In this document: one piece after another, positions 51,064 through 61,612 of the stretch
Position numbering within the stretch: position 1 is the first letter of the stretch
Layout: each line of letters opens with the position of its first letter
The notes under the pieces: model-generated
What the model saw: only the letters and a program-made list of their open reading frames with translations
Told to the model about the DNA's origin: nothing
The model's database searches: none
Translations under genes and position numbers: made by a program
Origin: Rubrivivax sp.
GTDB lineage: Bacteria > Pseudomonadota > Gammaproteobacteria > Burkholderiales > Burkholderiaceae_C
DNA: 64,000 bases
Direction: 5' to 3'
NCBI GenBank assembly: GCA_024641945.1
Contig: JAHECD010000005.1
Span: 1,537 to 65,536 of the forward strand

Positions 51064-52157
51064 GCGGCGCCCGCCCGCTGCTGCCCGCCCAACTTGAGGG
51101 TCGTTCCGTGTTCGCGCCACCATAGCAATGCCAGCGACATCAAGAAGACCCCGCCATGAAGCCCGGCCAGGGTGGCCCCCATCGTCACACGCCCGACGGC
51201 CACCCAGTTTTGCGACAGCGATACGAGGTTGAAATAGACGATGAATCCGAGCAGGGCAAAGATCAGATTCCAGTTGCCCGGCCGGCGCGGGTTGGTGGCG
51301 GCCAGCCCGACCCCCATCAGCAGCAGATTGCCCGAAGCCAGCACGAGGCCGAAACGCCAGGCGAGCTCACCTTGGCTGGCTCGCGACGCGTCGCGCACGA
51401 GGTCGAGCGTGGGCATCGCCTTCGGTGGTTGAGCCGCAGCCCGATTGATCTGCGCTTCATCGGCAAGCACGCGATAGCGGTCGAACCGCGACAGCGAGTT
51501 CTCGCCCGTGGCGGCATTGCTCTCGTTGCGCTGGCCCCGCTCGAGCACCAGGAACCGGTCTTCACCGTCCGGCTCGAGCCGGCCACTGCGCGCGGACGTG
51601 ACACTCTCGACGTCGTGCTGGCGCGTCAGGATGAAGACATTGCGTGCGTTGATGCCGTCCGGACTCTCGCGCTCGACGAAGAACACCCGCTGGCCGTCGG
51701 CCGACGTCTGAAAGACACCGGGAGTGACGCGAGACAGGTCGGAGCGCTGCGCGTACCGGTCGCGCAGTTCGGTGCTCTGCCGGTTGACCCAGGGCCAGAT
51801 CACGAGCATTGCAGCCGCCACCACCAGCAACACCGGCAGCGACGTCCACAGCACCGGGCGCACGAAACGAGACAGGCCGACGCCGCTGGAAAACCAGATC
51901 ACCATCTCGCTGTCGCGGTACATGCGGCCCAGGGTGACCACCACCGCCACGAACATCGACAGGCTGAGCATCGTCGACAGGTGCCCGAGCGCCGTGTATC
52001 CGAGCAGGAGCACGACGTCCTGAGGGGCCACCGCGCCACCGGCCGCCAGCCCGAGCGTGCGAATGAGGAACATCGTGATCACGATGGTCAATATCACCAC
52101 CAGGGTGGCGGCGAACGTCCGCGCAAGGTCCTTCCTGACGGTTGAATCGAATAACAT
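51060..52157 (-). CDS. lptF: LPS export ABC transporter permease LptF
   Basis: MLFDSTVRKDLAR, RMYRDSEMVIW.SSG, PGVFQTS, LERGQR; start at ATG 52157. Confidence 0.93.
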   Translation of the reverse strand: MLFDSTVRKDLARTFAATLVVILTIVITMFLIRTLGLAAGGAVAPQDVVLLLGYTALGHLSTMLSLSMFVAVVVTLGRMYRDSEMVIWFSSGVGLSRFVRPVLWTSLPVLLVVAAAMLVIWPWVNRQSTELRDRYAQRSDLSRVTPGVFQTSADGQRVFFVERESPDGINARNVFILTRQHDVESVTSARSGRLEPDGEDRFLVLERGQRNESNAATGENSLSRFDRYRVLADEAQINRAAAQPPKAMPTLDLVRDASRASQGELAWRFGLVLASGNLLLMGVGLAATNPRRPGNWNLIFALLGFIVYFNLVSLSQNWVAVGRVTMGATLAGLHGGVFLMSLALLWWREHGTTLKLGGQQRAGAA

Positions 52158-52184
52158 CTTTGGCTTTGAGAAGCAGGACGAATT

Positions 52185-53642
52185 ATGGACTTCAACACGC
52201 AAGTCGCTCCGCTCGGCGGGCTTTCGAAGGTCGAAACCGATGCGCTGTTGGTGGTGCTCGCTGGCACGAGCGTGCCTGTGGGTCTCGACAAGACGGTGGC
52301 TGCGGCGCTGAAGGCCGCCACCGACGCGGGCGACCTGACGTCCAAGCCGGGGCAGACGCTCGTGCTGCACCACGTGGCGCGAATCCAGGCTGCGCGGCTC
52401 GTTTTCGTCACTTCCAACAATGCTTCGCCCAAGGCGTTCCAAAAGGCCGTGGGTGCTGGTCTGGCCGCACTCAAGACGGGCGGCAGCAAGCACGTGGCCG
52501 TCGCGCTGGCCGGCGCCGACGTGACGCCGGCACACGCCGAGGCACTCGCGCTGGCGGCTGCCGAGGCGGTGTACGTCTACAGACATACGAAACCCAGCGC
52601 TCCCGCCGCGGGCCCGCTGTCCAAGGTCACGATGCTGTGCACCGCGGCGGCAAAACCCGACGTCGATATCGGCCTCACGCGCGGCGCAGCAATTGCCGAG
52701 GGCGTGACGCTGGCGCGCGAGTGCGCCAATCGCCCTGGCAACCACTGCACGCCGAGTTATCTCGCGTCGGAAGCGCGGCGTCTGGGCAAGGGATTTGGTT
52801 TGAAGGTCGAGGTGCTTGACCGCAAGGATGTCGAAAAGCTCGGCATGGGCGCGTTCCTGGCCGTCGCGCAGGGGTCGGACGAGCCGCTCAAGTTCATCGT
52901 CGCCCGCTGGCAGGGTGCCGGCAAGGCCGAGGCCCCCGTGGTCCTGGTGGGCAAGGGAATCACCTTCGACACCGGCGGCATCTCCATCAAGCCCGCCGCC
53001 GAAATGGACGAGATGAAATTCGACATGGGGGGCGCTGCCAGCGTGCTGGGCACATTGCGTGCCGTGGCGCAATTGAAGGCCAAAGTCAACCTCGTCGGCA
53101 TCATCGCTGCCTGCGAGAACATGCCCAGCGGGCGCGCCGTCAAGCCCGGCGATGTCGTCCGCAGCCTTTCCGGCCAGACGATCGAGATCCTGAACACCGA
53201 CGCCGAGGGCCGGCTCATCCTTTGCGACGCGCTGACCTATGCCGAACGTTTCAAACCCGCCGCGGTGGTCGATATCGCCACGCTCACCGGTGCCTGCGTG
53301 ATCGCGCTCGGCCACCATCGCAGCGGACTGTTCAGTGCCGACGATGCACTCGCCTCCGAGCTCGTGGCGGCCGGCGATGCCGCGCTCGACCCGTGCTGGC
53401 GCATGCCAGTCGACGACGAGTACGACGAGGCGCTGAAGAGCAATTTCGCCGACATGGGCAACGTCGGTCCGCGCGCCGGTGGATCCATCACCGCCGCGAT
53501 GTTTCTCAAGCGCTTCACGGGCAAGTATGCGTGGGCGCACCTCGACATTGCCGGCACCGCCTGGAAGTCCGGCCAGGCCAAGGGATCGACCGGGCGCCCC
53601 GTCGGGTTGCTGACGCACTTCGTGCTGTCCCGCGCGCGTTGA
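52185..53642 (+). CDS. pepA: Leucyl aminopeptidase (M17)
   Basis: VGKGITFDTGGISIK, MKFDMGGA, NTDAEGRL, ATLTGA. Confidence 0.97.
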   Translation: MDFNTQVAPLGGLSKVETDALLVVLAGTSVPVGLDKTVAAALKAATDAGDLTSKPGQTLVLHHVARIQAARLVFVTSNNASPKAFQKAVGAGLAALKTGGSKHVAVALAGADVTPAHAEALALAAAEAVYVYRHTKPSAPAAGPLSKVTMLCTAAAKPDVDIGLTRGAAIAEGVTLARECANRPGNHCTPSYLASEARRLGKGFGLKVEVLDRKDVEKLGMGAFLAVAQGSDEPLKFIVARWQGAGKAEAPVVLVGKGITFDTGGISIKPAAEMDEMKFDMGGAASVLGTLRAVAQLKAKVNLVGIIAACENMPSGRAVKPGDVVRSLSGQTIEILNTDAEGRLILCDALTYAERFKPAAVVDIATLTGACVIALGHHRSGLFSADDALASELVAAGDAALDPCWRMPVDDEYDEALKSNFADMGNVGPRAGGSITAAMFLKRFTGKYAWAHLDIAGTAWKSGQAKGSTGRPVGLLTHFVLSRAR

Positions 53643-53649
53643 CGCATTC

Positions 53650-54108
53650 ATGCCGGCGATCGAGTTCCGCACCGGCATCGACGACAAGGTCTTGTATGCC
53701 TGCCGCTGGCTGCGCAAGGCCGCGTCATTGGGGGAGCGGGTACGCGTGATCGGTCCGCCAGACGGGCTGCACCAACTGGATCAGCTGCTTTGGACCGGTG
53801 ACGCGAACGACTTCGTCGCCCACTATTGGCTGCGCACGGGGGGCCGCCTGCCGGCGGGGATCGAGCGGACGCCACTCTGGCTCGGTGACGGCGAAATTCC
53901 GCCACCGGCCCCGGTCCTGCTGCTCAACCTGGGTGCCGAAGTGCCCGACGCCCTGGACGGCTACGTGCGAGTGGTCGAGTTGGTGTCCACGGCGGCGGAC
54001 GATGTGCAGGCCGGACGCGCGCGCTGGGCCACCTACCGCCAGCGCGGCCTCGAACCCGAACACCGCAAGGCCGAAGCCGGCCCGACCACGGATCAATCGT
54101 CGGCATGA
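53650..54108 (+). CDS. holC: DNA polymerase III chi subunit
   Basis: IEF.TG..DK..YACR.LRKA, LDQLLW...FVAH, LLNL, RVVELV, GRARW..YR.RG; follows pepA. Confidence 0.9.
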   Translation: MPAIEFRTGIDDKVLYACRWLRKAASLGERVRVIGPPDGLHQLDQLLWTGDANDFVAHYWLRTGGRLPAGIERTPLWLGDGEIPPPAPVLLLNLGAEVPDALDGYVRVVELVSTAADDVQAGRARWATYRQRGLEPEHRKAEAGPTTDQSSA

Positions 54109-54326
54109 ACCCAACCGCGCTCGCGCATGCAGGTCTCGACGAGGCTGCGACGTGATTCCGCCGCTTCGACGCAGTCCGACAGATCGCGCCGCGAGACGGT
54201 GCCACCGCGGTCACCGCGCAGATCTTTCCAAGCCATCGAATCCATGGTGGGGGCGACGTTGGCGCAGGCACCGAGCCATGCGGCAACCGTCAAGAGGGCC
54301 ATCGTCCTGCCCTTGTTCGTCCGCAT
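54093..54326 (-). CDS. Small putative lipoprotein
   Basis: Lipobox WLGAC; C-terminal DC..AA.....VETCMRERGW; converges on holC with a 16-nt overlap; start uncertain. Confidence 0.6.
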   Translation of the reverse strand: MRTNKGRTMALLTVAAWLGACANVAPTMDSMAWKDLRGDRGGTVSRRDLSDCVEAAESRRSLVETCMRERGWVHADD

Positions 54327-54411
54327 CGTGGTCACTCCGCGGTTCCCCCTATGGAAGCCTTGCGGCGAATCATACAATCGCGGTTTTTTGAAGTTCCGGA
54401 GGAACATTCCT

Positions 54412-55617
54412 ATGAAGAATCAGTTCTTGGCCCTGTCGGTCGTCTCGGTGGCTCTCCTGGCCGCCTGCGGAAAGAAGGAAGAAGCTGCACCGGCTGCGGC
54501 TCCAGCCGCCGCGCCGGCATCGGTCGCAGCGGCGCCCGCGGCGCCGTCGGTCATCAAGATCGGCCACGTCGGTCCGACGAGCGGGGCGATTGCCCACCTG
54601 GGCAAGGACAACGAAAACGGCGCGCGCATGGCCATCGAGGAGCTCAACGCCAAGGGCCTGACGATCGGTGGGACCAAGGTCACGTTCGAGCTGCTGGCCG
54701 AAGATGACGCTGCCGACCCGAAGCAGGGCACTGCGGCCGCGCAGAAGCTCGTCGATGCCAAGGTCAATGGCGTGATCGGCCACTTGAATTCCGGCACCTC
54801 CATTCCCGCGTCCAAGATCTACAGCGACGCCGGCATCCCGCAGATCTCGCCCTCGGCGACCAATCCCAAGTACACCCGCCAGGGCTACAAGACGACGTTC
54901 CGCGTGGTCGCCGACGACGTGCACCTGGGCGGCACGCTCGGCAAATACGCAGTGACCGACCTGAAGGGCAAGGCCATCGCCGTCATCGACGACCGCACGG
55001 CCTATGGCCAGGGTGTCGCAGACGAGTTCGAGAAGGGCGTCGCCGCCGCCGGCGGCAAGGTCGTGGGCCGCGAATTCACCACCGACAAGGCCACGGACTT
55101 CACCGGCATCCTGACCGGTCTGAAGGGCAAGAAGCCCGACGTCGTTTTCTTCGGCGGCATGGACGCCGTGGCCGGCCCGATGCTGCGCCAGCTCAAGCAA
55201 CTCGGCATCAAGGCCAAGTTCATGGGTGGCGATGGCATCTGCTCGGGCGAACTGCCCAAGCTGGCCGCGGGGTCGATGGGTGACGGCCAGGTGGTCTGCG
55301 CCGAAGCCGGCGGCGTCGAAGGTGAGTCGAAGGTCGCCATGGACGACTTCAAGGCGCGCTTCAAGGCGAAGTTCAACGCCGATGTGCAGATCTATGCACC
55401 GTATGTCTACGACTCGGTCAACGTCATGGTCGCTGCGATGCAGAAGGCCGACTCGGCCGATCCTGCCAAGTACCTCCCGGAACTGGCCAAGACCGACGGC
55501 TACAAGGGTGTGACGGGCACGATCGGCTTCGACGAGAAGGGCGACATCAAGAATGGCGCCCTGACGCTGTTCACCTACAAGGGTGGCAAGCGCGAGCAGA
55601 TCGCCGTCGTCCGCTGA
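54412..55617 (+). CDS. livK: Branched-chain amino acid ABC transporter substrate-binding lipoprotein (LivK/LivJ family)
   Basis: Lipobox LLAAC; IGHVGP.SG..AHLG, EDDAADP, GHLNSGTSIPAS, ISPSAT, DDRTAYGQG; no livHMGF adjacent. Confidence 0.9.
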   Translation: MKNQFLALSVVSVALLAACGKKEEAAPAAAPAAAPASVAAAPAAPSVIKIGHVGPTSGAIAHLGKDNENGARMAIEELNAKGLTIGGTKVTFELLAEDDAADPKQGTAAAQKLVDAKVNGVIGHLNSGTSIPASKIYSDAGIPQISPSATNPKYTRQGYKTTFRVVADDVHLGGTLGKYAVTDLKGKAIAVIDDRTAYGQGVADEFEKGVAAAGGKVVGREFTTDKATDFTGILTGLKGKKPDVVFFGGMDAVAGPMLRQLKQLGIKAKFMGGDGICSGELPKLAAGSMGDGQVVCAEAGGVEGESKVAMDDFKARFKAKFNADVQIYAPYVYDSVNVMVAAMQKADSADPAKYLPELAKTDGYKGVTGTIGFDEKGDIKNGALTLFTYKGGKREQIAVVR

Positions 55618-55634
55618 TCCTGCGGGTCAACGTG

Positions 55635-55668
55635 ATGAAAGGGCGCCCCGCGGGGCGCCCTTTTTCAT
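55635..55668. terminator. Bidirectional intrinsic terminator between livK and glgX
   Basis: ATGAAA-GGGCGCCCC-GC-GGGGCGCCC-TTTTTCAT. Confidence 0.85.
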
Positions 55669-55695
55669 TTCTACGAGGGATCGCCTGCGCCGGCG

Positions 55696-57768
55696 TCAAC
55701 CGATGGCGAGGCGAAACATCTGCAGGCTCCCCGCCAGCACCTTGGCCCTGGATTCGCAAATCCGCGCCCATTGGTCTACGGGTTGCGCCGAGTCGAGCAG
55801 GCACGACCATCGGCCCGCCGGCAGGTTGAACTCGACGTCCACCGGCTGCGCGTTGACGAGCAGGGCGATCGGCGCGCCAGGCAGCCCGGGCTCGCCGATC
55901 AGGACTGTCAATGCGCGGTTCGTGCCGTCGTGCCAGTCATCGGCCGACAAGGCGTTGCCGTCGGGTTGGCGCCATTCGAGGTCCGGTCGATCTGCTGTGC
56001 GGGCGAGGCCGTCGTACCAGCGGCCGTCCAGCGGCATCAGGTCGCGGCGCAAGCCCAGCACACGGGCCGTGAAGTGCGTGAGCGACTCGTCCGCCTGCGT
56101 CCAATCCAGCCAACTGGTTTCGTTGTCCTGACAGTACGCGTTGTTGTTCCCTTGCTGCGTGTGGCCGATCTCGCTGCCGGCCGCGATCATCGGTGTGCCT
56201 TGGGACAGCAGCACGCAAACCAGCAAGGCCCGCTGCGCGCGGGCCCGGCACTGCTGAACCGCTGGGTCATCGCTCGGACCTTCGTGCCCGCAGTGCATGC
56301 TCAGGTTGTGCCCGTGGCCGTCGCGGTTGTTCTCGCCATTGGCCTGGTTGTGCCGACGGCTGTAGCTGACCAGGTCGCGTAACGTGAATCCATCGTGTGC
56401 GGTGACGAAGTTGACGCCGGCGCTGGGCGGACGGCCCCGACCGCGGAACAGGTCCGACGAGCCGCACAGCCGCTGCGCGAACTCTGCGCGTGTACTGGCA
56501 TGCCCCAGCCAGAATGCGCGCATCGTGTCGCGAAAACGGTCGTTCCACTCCAGCCAACCGTCCGGAAAGTCTCCCAGCCGGTACCCGCCGTGCCCCAGAT
56601 CCCAGGGCTCCGCGATCAGCTTCACACGGGCCAACACCGGGTCCTGCGCAATGGCGTGGAAGAACGGGTGATTGCGCTCGAAGCCTTTGGTCGAGCGGCC
56701 CAGCACCGGCGCGAGATCGAAACGGAATCCATCGACGTGAAAGTGCTGCACCCAGTACCGCAGGCTGTCGAGCACGAGCTGCAGCACGCGAGGGTCGCGC
56801 AGGTCGAGCGTATTGCCGCACCCGGACAGGTTCTCGTAGACACCGGGCTGGTCGGCCGGGCTGCGATACCAGCTGCGATTGTCCAATCCACGCCAGCTTA
56901 GATGCGGGCCCCACTCGTCGCTCTCGGCGGTGTGGTTGTAGACGACGTCGAGGATCACCTCGATGCCCGCGGCGTGAAGCGCGCGCACCATCTGGCGGAA
57001 CTCGTCCCTTTGCTGCCGACCGCTGTCGGACGCGGCCAGATGGGGATCCGGGCAGAAAAACCCGAGCGTGTTGTAGCCCCAGTAGTTGACCAGGTGCATC
57101 CGGTGCAGACGTTCCTCGTCAAGATGCTGCTGCACGGGCAGCAGGCTGACCGCCGTGACCCCCAGCCGTGTCAGGTGGCCAATGGCGGCGTCGCTGGCCA
57201 GGCCGGCGTAGGTGCCGCGCAACGCCTGCGGAACACCGGCGTGCAACATCGTGAATCCGCGAACCTGCAATTCGTACAGCACCGTGCGGTCGACCGGCGT
57301 ACCCGGCGGCACATCGCCGGTCCAGTCGAACGTGTCGTCCGTGACGCGGGCCTTGAGCGCATACAGGGCGTTGTCGCGGGTGTCCGGTTGCCGCGGATCG
57401 GCGCGGTCGAAGCCGAAGTGCTCGTCGCGCCACTGGAAGTGGCCGACGATTTCACGCGCCCAGGGATCGAGCAGCAACTTGTGAGGATTGAAGCGGTCAC
57501 CCTCGTGCGGGGCCCAGCGCCCGTGCGCACGCAGTCCGTAGATGAGCCCGGCCGCTTCACCGTGCACGAAGCCGTGCCAGACATCGCCGGTGCGTCCTGG
57601 CAGCGCCGCGCGCAGAACCTCGTTCGCGCCGGAGGCGTCGAAGAGACAGAGCTCGAGCGCCTCGGCATGTGCCGAGAAGACCGCGAAATTGACCCCGCCG
57701 TCGCGCACCGTGGCCCCAAGCGGCCACGGCGTTCCGGCGGACAGCGGCTCAGCGCCGTCCCTGGACAT
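55696..57768 (-). CDS. glgX: Glycogen debranching enzyme
   Basis: PWPLGAT, KLLLDP, NYWGYNTLGFF, DVVYNH, DGFRFDL, IAEPWD, NFVTAHDGFTL, GNNNAYCQDN. Confidence 0.96.
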   Translation of the reverse strand: MSRDGAEPLSAGTPWPLGATVRDGGVNFAVFSAHAEALELCLFDASGANEVLRAALPGRTGDVWHGFVHGEAAGLIYGLRAHGRWAPHEGDRFNPHKLLLDPWAREIVGHFQWRDEHFGFDRADPRQPDTRDNALYALKARVTDDTFDWTGDVPPGTPVDRTVLYELQVRGFTMLHAGVPQALRGTYAGLASDAAIGHLTRLGVTAVSLLPVQQHLDEERLHRMHLVNYWGYNTLGFFCPDPHLAASDSGRQQRDEFRQMVRALHAAGIEVILDVVYNHTAESDEWGPHLSWRGLDNRSWYRSPADQPGVYENLSGCGNTLDLRDPRVLQLVLDSLRYWVQHFHVDGFRFDLAPVLGRSTKGFERNHPFFHAIAQDPVLARVKLIAEPWDLGHGGYRLGDFPDGWLEWNDRFRDTMRAFWLGHASTRAEFAQRLCGSSDLFRGRGRPPSAGVNFVTAHDGFTLRDLVSYSRRHNQANGENNRDGHGHNLSMHCGHEGPSDDPAVQQCRARAQRALLVCVLLSQGTPMIAAGSEIGHTQQGNNNAYCQDNETSWLDWTQADESLTHFTARVLGLRRDLMPLDGRWYDGLARTADRPDLEWRQPDGNALSADDWHDGTNRALTVLIGEPGLPGAPIALLVNAQPVDVEFNLPAGRWSCLLDSAQPVDQWARICESRAKVLAGSLQMFRLAIG

Positions 57769-60187
57769 GCCAGATGTCGCGTGCGTATTCGGCGATCGTG
57801 CGGTCGGACGAGAAGGGTCCCATACCGGCCACGTTGGCGATGGCCTTGACGGCCCACGCCTGCGGGTCGCGGAACAGCGCATCGACGCGTCCGTGTGCAT
57901 GCAGGTAGGCGTCGAAGTCGGCCAGCAGGCGGTAGTGGTCGCTGTGCAGCAGCGCGTCCACCAGCGGCCGGTATCGCTGCACCTCGTCAGGCGAGAAGGT
58001 GCCATTGCCGATCGCATGCAGCACCGCCTGCAATGCGGGGTTGGCGACGGCGATCGCCTGCGGGTCGTAGCCGCCGCTTCTTGTGGCGGCCACCTCGTGG
58101 GTCTTGAGGCCGAAGATGAAGATGTTGTCGTCGCCGACGGCCTGGCGGATCTCGATATTGGCGCCATCGTCGGTGCCGATCGTCAGCGCGCCGTTCAGCG
58201 CCAGCTTCATGTTGCCGGTGCCCGAGGCCTCGGTTCCCGCCGTCGAGATCTGCTCCGACAGGTCGGCTGCCGGCATGATGACCTCCGCCACCGACACGCC
58301 GTAGTTGGGCACGAATACGATCTTCAGCCGGCCGGCAATCACCGGGTCGTTGTTGACCACGCTGCCCACGTCGTGGATCAGACGAATGATCTGCTTCGCC
58401 ATGTGGTAACTCGACGCCGCCTTGCCCGCGAAGACCACCGTACGCGGCACCCAGTCGGCACCCGGGTTGGCCAGGATCGCCTGCCAGCGGTGCACCACGT
58501 GCAGCACATTGAGGAGTTGCCGCTTGTACTCGTGGATGCGCTTGACCTGTACATCGAACAGGCTCGAAGGGTCGACGGCGATTCCGGTCGTGCGAAGAAT
58601 CGTCGCGGCCAGCCGCTCCTTGTTGGCATGCTTGACCTGCATGAATTCCTGCCGGAACTTGCTCGAGTCGGCATGCGCATTGAGACCCCGCAGCAGGTCG
58701 AGATTGCCACGCCAATCGGTGCCGATGGTCTTGTCGATCAGTGCCGACAGCCCGGGGTTCGCCTGTGCGAGCCATCGACGCGGCGTCACGCCGTTGGTCA
58801 TGTTGGTGAAGCGGTCGGGCCACAGGCTCGCGAAGTCGGCAAAGATCGTCTGCACCAGCAGTTCCGAGTGCAGCGCCGACACGCCATTGACCTTGTGGCT
58901 GCCGACGATGGACAGGTGCGCCATGCGCACACGGCGTTCGTCGTGCTCGCCGATCAGCGACAGGCGCTGCAGGAAACCCATGTCGCCAGGGCGGTGCTTG
59001 GCGGCCGCGTCCAGGAACTCCTGGTTGATGCGATAGATGATGTCCATGTGGCGCGGCAGCACGTACTCCATCAGCGCCACCGGCCAGGTCTCGAGTGCCT
59101 CGGGCATCAGCGTGTGGTTCGTGTAGCTGAAGACCTTCTGCGTCTGTGCCCAGGCGAACCGCCACTCAAATCCATGCTCGTCGACGAGCAGCCGCATCAG
59201 TTCGGCCACGCCGATGGCGGGGTGCGTGTCGTTGAGATGGATCGCGACCTTGTCCGACAGATTGACGAGCGAGCCGTGCTCGGCGATGTGGCGCGACAGG
59301 ATGTCCTGGATCGACGCGGAGGTGAAGAAATATTCCTGCTTCAGGCGCAGTTCGCGCCCGGCCGGGGTGCTGTCGTTCGGGTAGAGCACCCACGAGATGT
59401 TCTCGAAGGCGTTCTTGAACTCGGCCGCGCGTGCATAGTCGCCTGTGTTGAAGGCGTGCAGGTCGATGTGCGCCGGCGCCGCGGCCTTCCACAGGCGCAG
59501 TGTGCTGACGCGCTCGGTGCCATGGCCAGGCACCACCATGTCGAACGCCTTGGCGTTGACTTCGACCGCGTGGTGCCAGATCGGCGGCTTGCCGGCCGCC
59601 ACCGGTGGTTCGACATGACCGCCAAAACGCACCGGAAAGGCGCATCCTGCACGCGGGAATTCCCACGGTGTCCCATCTTCGAGCCACGGATCGGGGTGCT
59701 CGACCTGGCGTCCGCCGACGATCGACTGGGCAAACATGCCGTATTCGTAGCGGATGCCGTAACCGAACGACGGCAGGCCGAGTGTGGCCATCGAGTCGAG
59801 GAAACACGCGGCCAGTCGCCCCAGGCCCCCGTTGCCGAGCGCGGCGTCGGCCTCCTGGCCGGCGATATCTTCCATCGTGGCGGCATGCCGCTGCACGGCG
59901 GCCTGTGCGTCGGCTTCGAGGTTCAACGCGGCCAGCGCATTGCCCAGGGTGCGGCCGATCAGGAATTCCATCGACAGGTAATAGACCCGGCGCGCCTTGG
60001 CCGTACGGTCGGCCGCGTCGGTGGCGACCCATCTCCGGGACAGTTGCTCCCTGGCGAGCTGCGCCACGGCGCGCATCAGATCGCCTTTGGAGGCTTGCGA
60101 CGGCTCGACGCCCAGCGACTGCAGGAGTTGCCGATCGACGGCAATGGGGAGGGGCGCGGCCGGTGCGCTGGCGTTTTCGTGTTTCAT
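57749..60187 (-). CDS. glgP: Glycogen/starch phosphorylase
   Basis: YLSMEFLIGR, LGNGGLGRLAACF, IHLNDTHP, YTNHT.MPEALE, KRIHEYKRQ, EASGTGNMK PLP site. Confidence 0.97.
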   Translation of the reverse strand: MKHENASAPAAPLPIAVDRQLLQSLGVEPSQASKGDLMRAVAQLAREQLSRRWVATDAADRTAKARRVYYLSMEFLIGRTLGNALAALNLEADAQAAVQRHAATMEDIAGQEADAALGNGGLGRLAACFLDSMATLGLPSFGYGIRYEYGMFAQSIVGGRQVEHPDPWLEDGTPWEFPRAGCAFPVRFGGHVEPPVAAGKPPIWHHAVEVNAKAFDMVVPGHGTERVSTLRLWKAAAPAHIDLHAFNTGDYARAAEFKNAFENISWVLYPNDSTPAGRELRLKQEYFFTSASIQDILSRHIAEHGSLVNLSDKVAIHLNDTHPAIGVAELMRLLVDEHGFEWRFAWAQTQKVFSYTNHTLMPEALETWPVALMEYVLPRHMDIIYRINQEFLDAAAKHRPGDMGFLQRLSLIGEHDERRVRMAHLSIVGSHKVNGVSALHSELLVQTIFADFASLWPDRFTNMTNGVTPRRWLAQANPGLSALIDKTIGTDWRGNLDLLRGLNAHADSSKFRQEFMQVKHANKERLAATILRTTGIAVDPSSLFDVQVKRIHEYKRQLLNVLHVVHRWQAILANPGADWVPRTVVFAGKAASSYHMAKQIIRLIHDVGSVVNNDPVIAGRLKIVFVPNYGVSVAEVIMPAADLSEQISTAGTEASGTGNMKLALNGALTIGTDDGANIEIRQAVGDDNIFIFGLKTHEVAATRSGGYDPQAIAVANPALQAVLHAIGNGTFSPDEVQRYRPLVDALLHSDHYRLLADFDAYLHAHGRVDALFRDPQAWAVKAIANVAGMGPFSSDRTIAEYARDIWHVQGRR

Positions 60188-60322
60188 GGTGGATGCACCG
60201 GAATGGGATGATGGATTCTGCCGTGCCTGCATTGCGGTACCTCAGAGGGTCGGAAAGCGATCACGTGCAAATTTCGTGCATGCTTCGGGCAAAGGTGCCC
60301 AGGCACCCGAAAAGGAGACGAA

Positions 60323-61612
60323 ATGACCCCGCATGATCTTGCCCAGAGCCTCGACCTTCCCAAGCGTGCCATCGCACTGGTGCTGGCCGGCGGGCGCGGC
60401 AGTCGCCTGAAGAGCCTGACCGACAGTCGCGCCAAGCCTGCGGTGTATTTCGGCGGCAAGTTCCGCATCGTCGATTTCGCCCTGTCCAATTGCCTCAATT
60501 CAGGCATCCGGCGCATCGGCGTCATCACGCAATACAAGAGCCACAGCCTGCTGCGCCACCTGCAGCGCGGCTGGGCGTTCCTGCGGCCGGAGATGAACGA
60601 GTTCGTCGACCTGCTGCCGGCGCAACAGCGTGTGGACGAAGAAAGCTGGTACCGGGGCACCGCCGATGCGGTCTACCAGAACCAGGACATCCTGGCCGCT
60701 TACGGCGCCGATTACGTGGTCGTGCTCGCCGGCGACCACATCTACAAGATGAACTATGCCGTGATGCTGGCGGATCACGTGGCCATGGGCCGCGACGTCA
60801 CGGTGGGTTGCATCGAGGTCGACCGCATGGAGGCCAAGGCCTTCGGCGTGATGGCGATCGACGAGCGCCGCAACATCACCGAATTTGCGGAAAAGCCTGC
60901 GGACCCGCCGGCCATGCCGGGCAAGCCCGATCGCGCGCTGGCAAGCATGGGGATCTACATCTTCAATGCCCGATTCCTCTACAAGGAGCTCGAGCGCGAT
61001 CTTGCAGACCCGACGTCGAGCCACGATTTCGGCAAGGACATCATCCCCCGCGCCGTCAAGCTCGGAAAGGCGGCGGCGCACCCGTTCGAGCTGAGCTGCG
61101 TCGGCAAGCGCATCGGTGCCGAACCCTACTGGCGCGATGTCGGCACGATCGATGCGTACTGGGACGCGAACATCGACCTCACGGCCACCGATCCGTTGCT
61201 CAATCTCTACGACACACGCTGGCCGATCTGGACCTACCAGCCCCAGCTGCCCCCCGCCAAGTTCGTGCACAACCAGGACGACCGTCGTGGCGTGGCGATC
61301 GAGTCCACGGTCTCGGGTGGTTGCATCGTCTCCGGGTCGATCTTCCGCAGCCTGTTGTTCTCCCAGGTGCGTGTGCACTCGTATGCATCGGTGAGCTGGA
61401 GCGTGCTGCTGCCCAGCGTGACCGTGGGAAGGGGCGCGCGGCTTCACCGTGTCGTCGTCGACCGCTCGTGCAACATCCCCGACGGCATGGTGATCGGCGA
61501 AGACGCCGAAGACGACAAACGTCGCTTCTACCGCACCGAAAGCGGGATCACGCTCGTGACGCGCGAGATGATCGCTGCGGTCACGGAACGGCAAGAAATG
61601 GCAGGATCCTGA
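60323..61612 (+). CDS. glgC: Glucose-1-phosphate adenylyltransferase
   Basis: [54 protein letters not shown]. Confidence 0.98.
   Translation: MTPHDLAQSLDLPKRAIALVLAGGRGSRLKSLTDSRAKPAVYFGGKFRIVDFALSNCLNSGIRRIGVITQYKSHSLLRHLQRGWAFLRPEMNEFVDLLPAQQRVDEESWYRGTADAVYQNQDILAAYGADYVVVLAGDHIYKMNYAVMLADHVAMGRDVTVGCIEVDRMEAKAFGVMAIDERRNITEFAEKPADPPAMPGKPDRALASMGIYIFNARFLYKELERDLADPTSSHDFGKDIIPRAVKLGKAAAHPFELSCVGKRIGAEPYWRDVGTIDAYWDANIDLTATDPLLNLYDTRWPIWTYQPQLPPAKFVHNQDDRRGVAIESTVSGGCIVSGSIFRSLLFSQVRVHSYASVSWSVLLPSVTVGRGARLHRVVVDRSCNIPDGMVIGEDAEDDKRRFYRTESGITLVTREMIAAVTERQEMAGS

Noticed and set aside
53650-54108. Functional pairing of holC with the DinG-family helicase (as for E. coli YoaA-HolC)
   Set aside because: holC is in its standard position after pepA, 13 kb away, and the helicase has a different nuclease-fused architecture; proximity is not evidence.
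57542-60211. 889-aa plus-strand ORF, plus similar long shadows over ccoNO, ccoG, eutB, ACAD, glgA and pepA
   Set aside because: They overlap well-supported genes on the other strand or frame and are Arg/Gly/Ala-rich junk translations.
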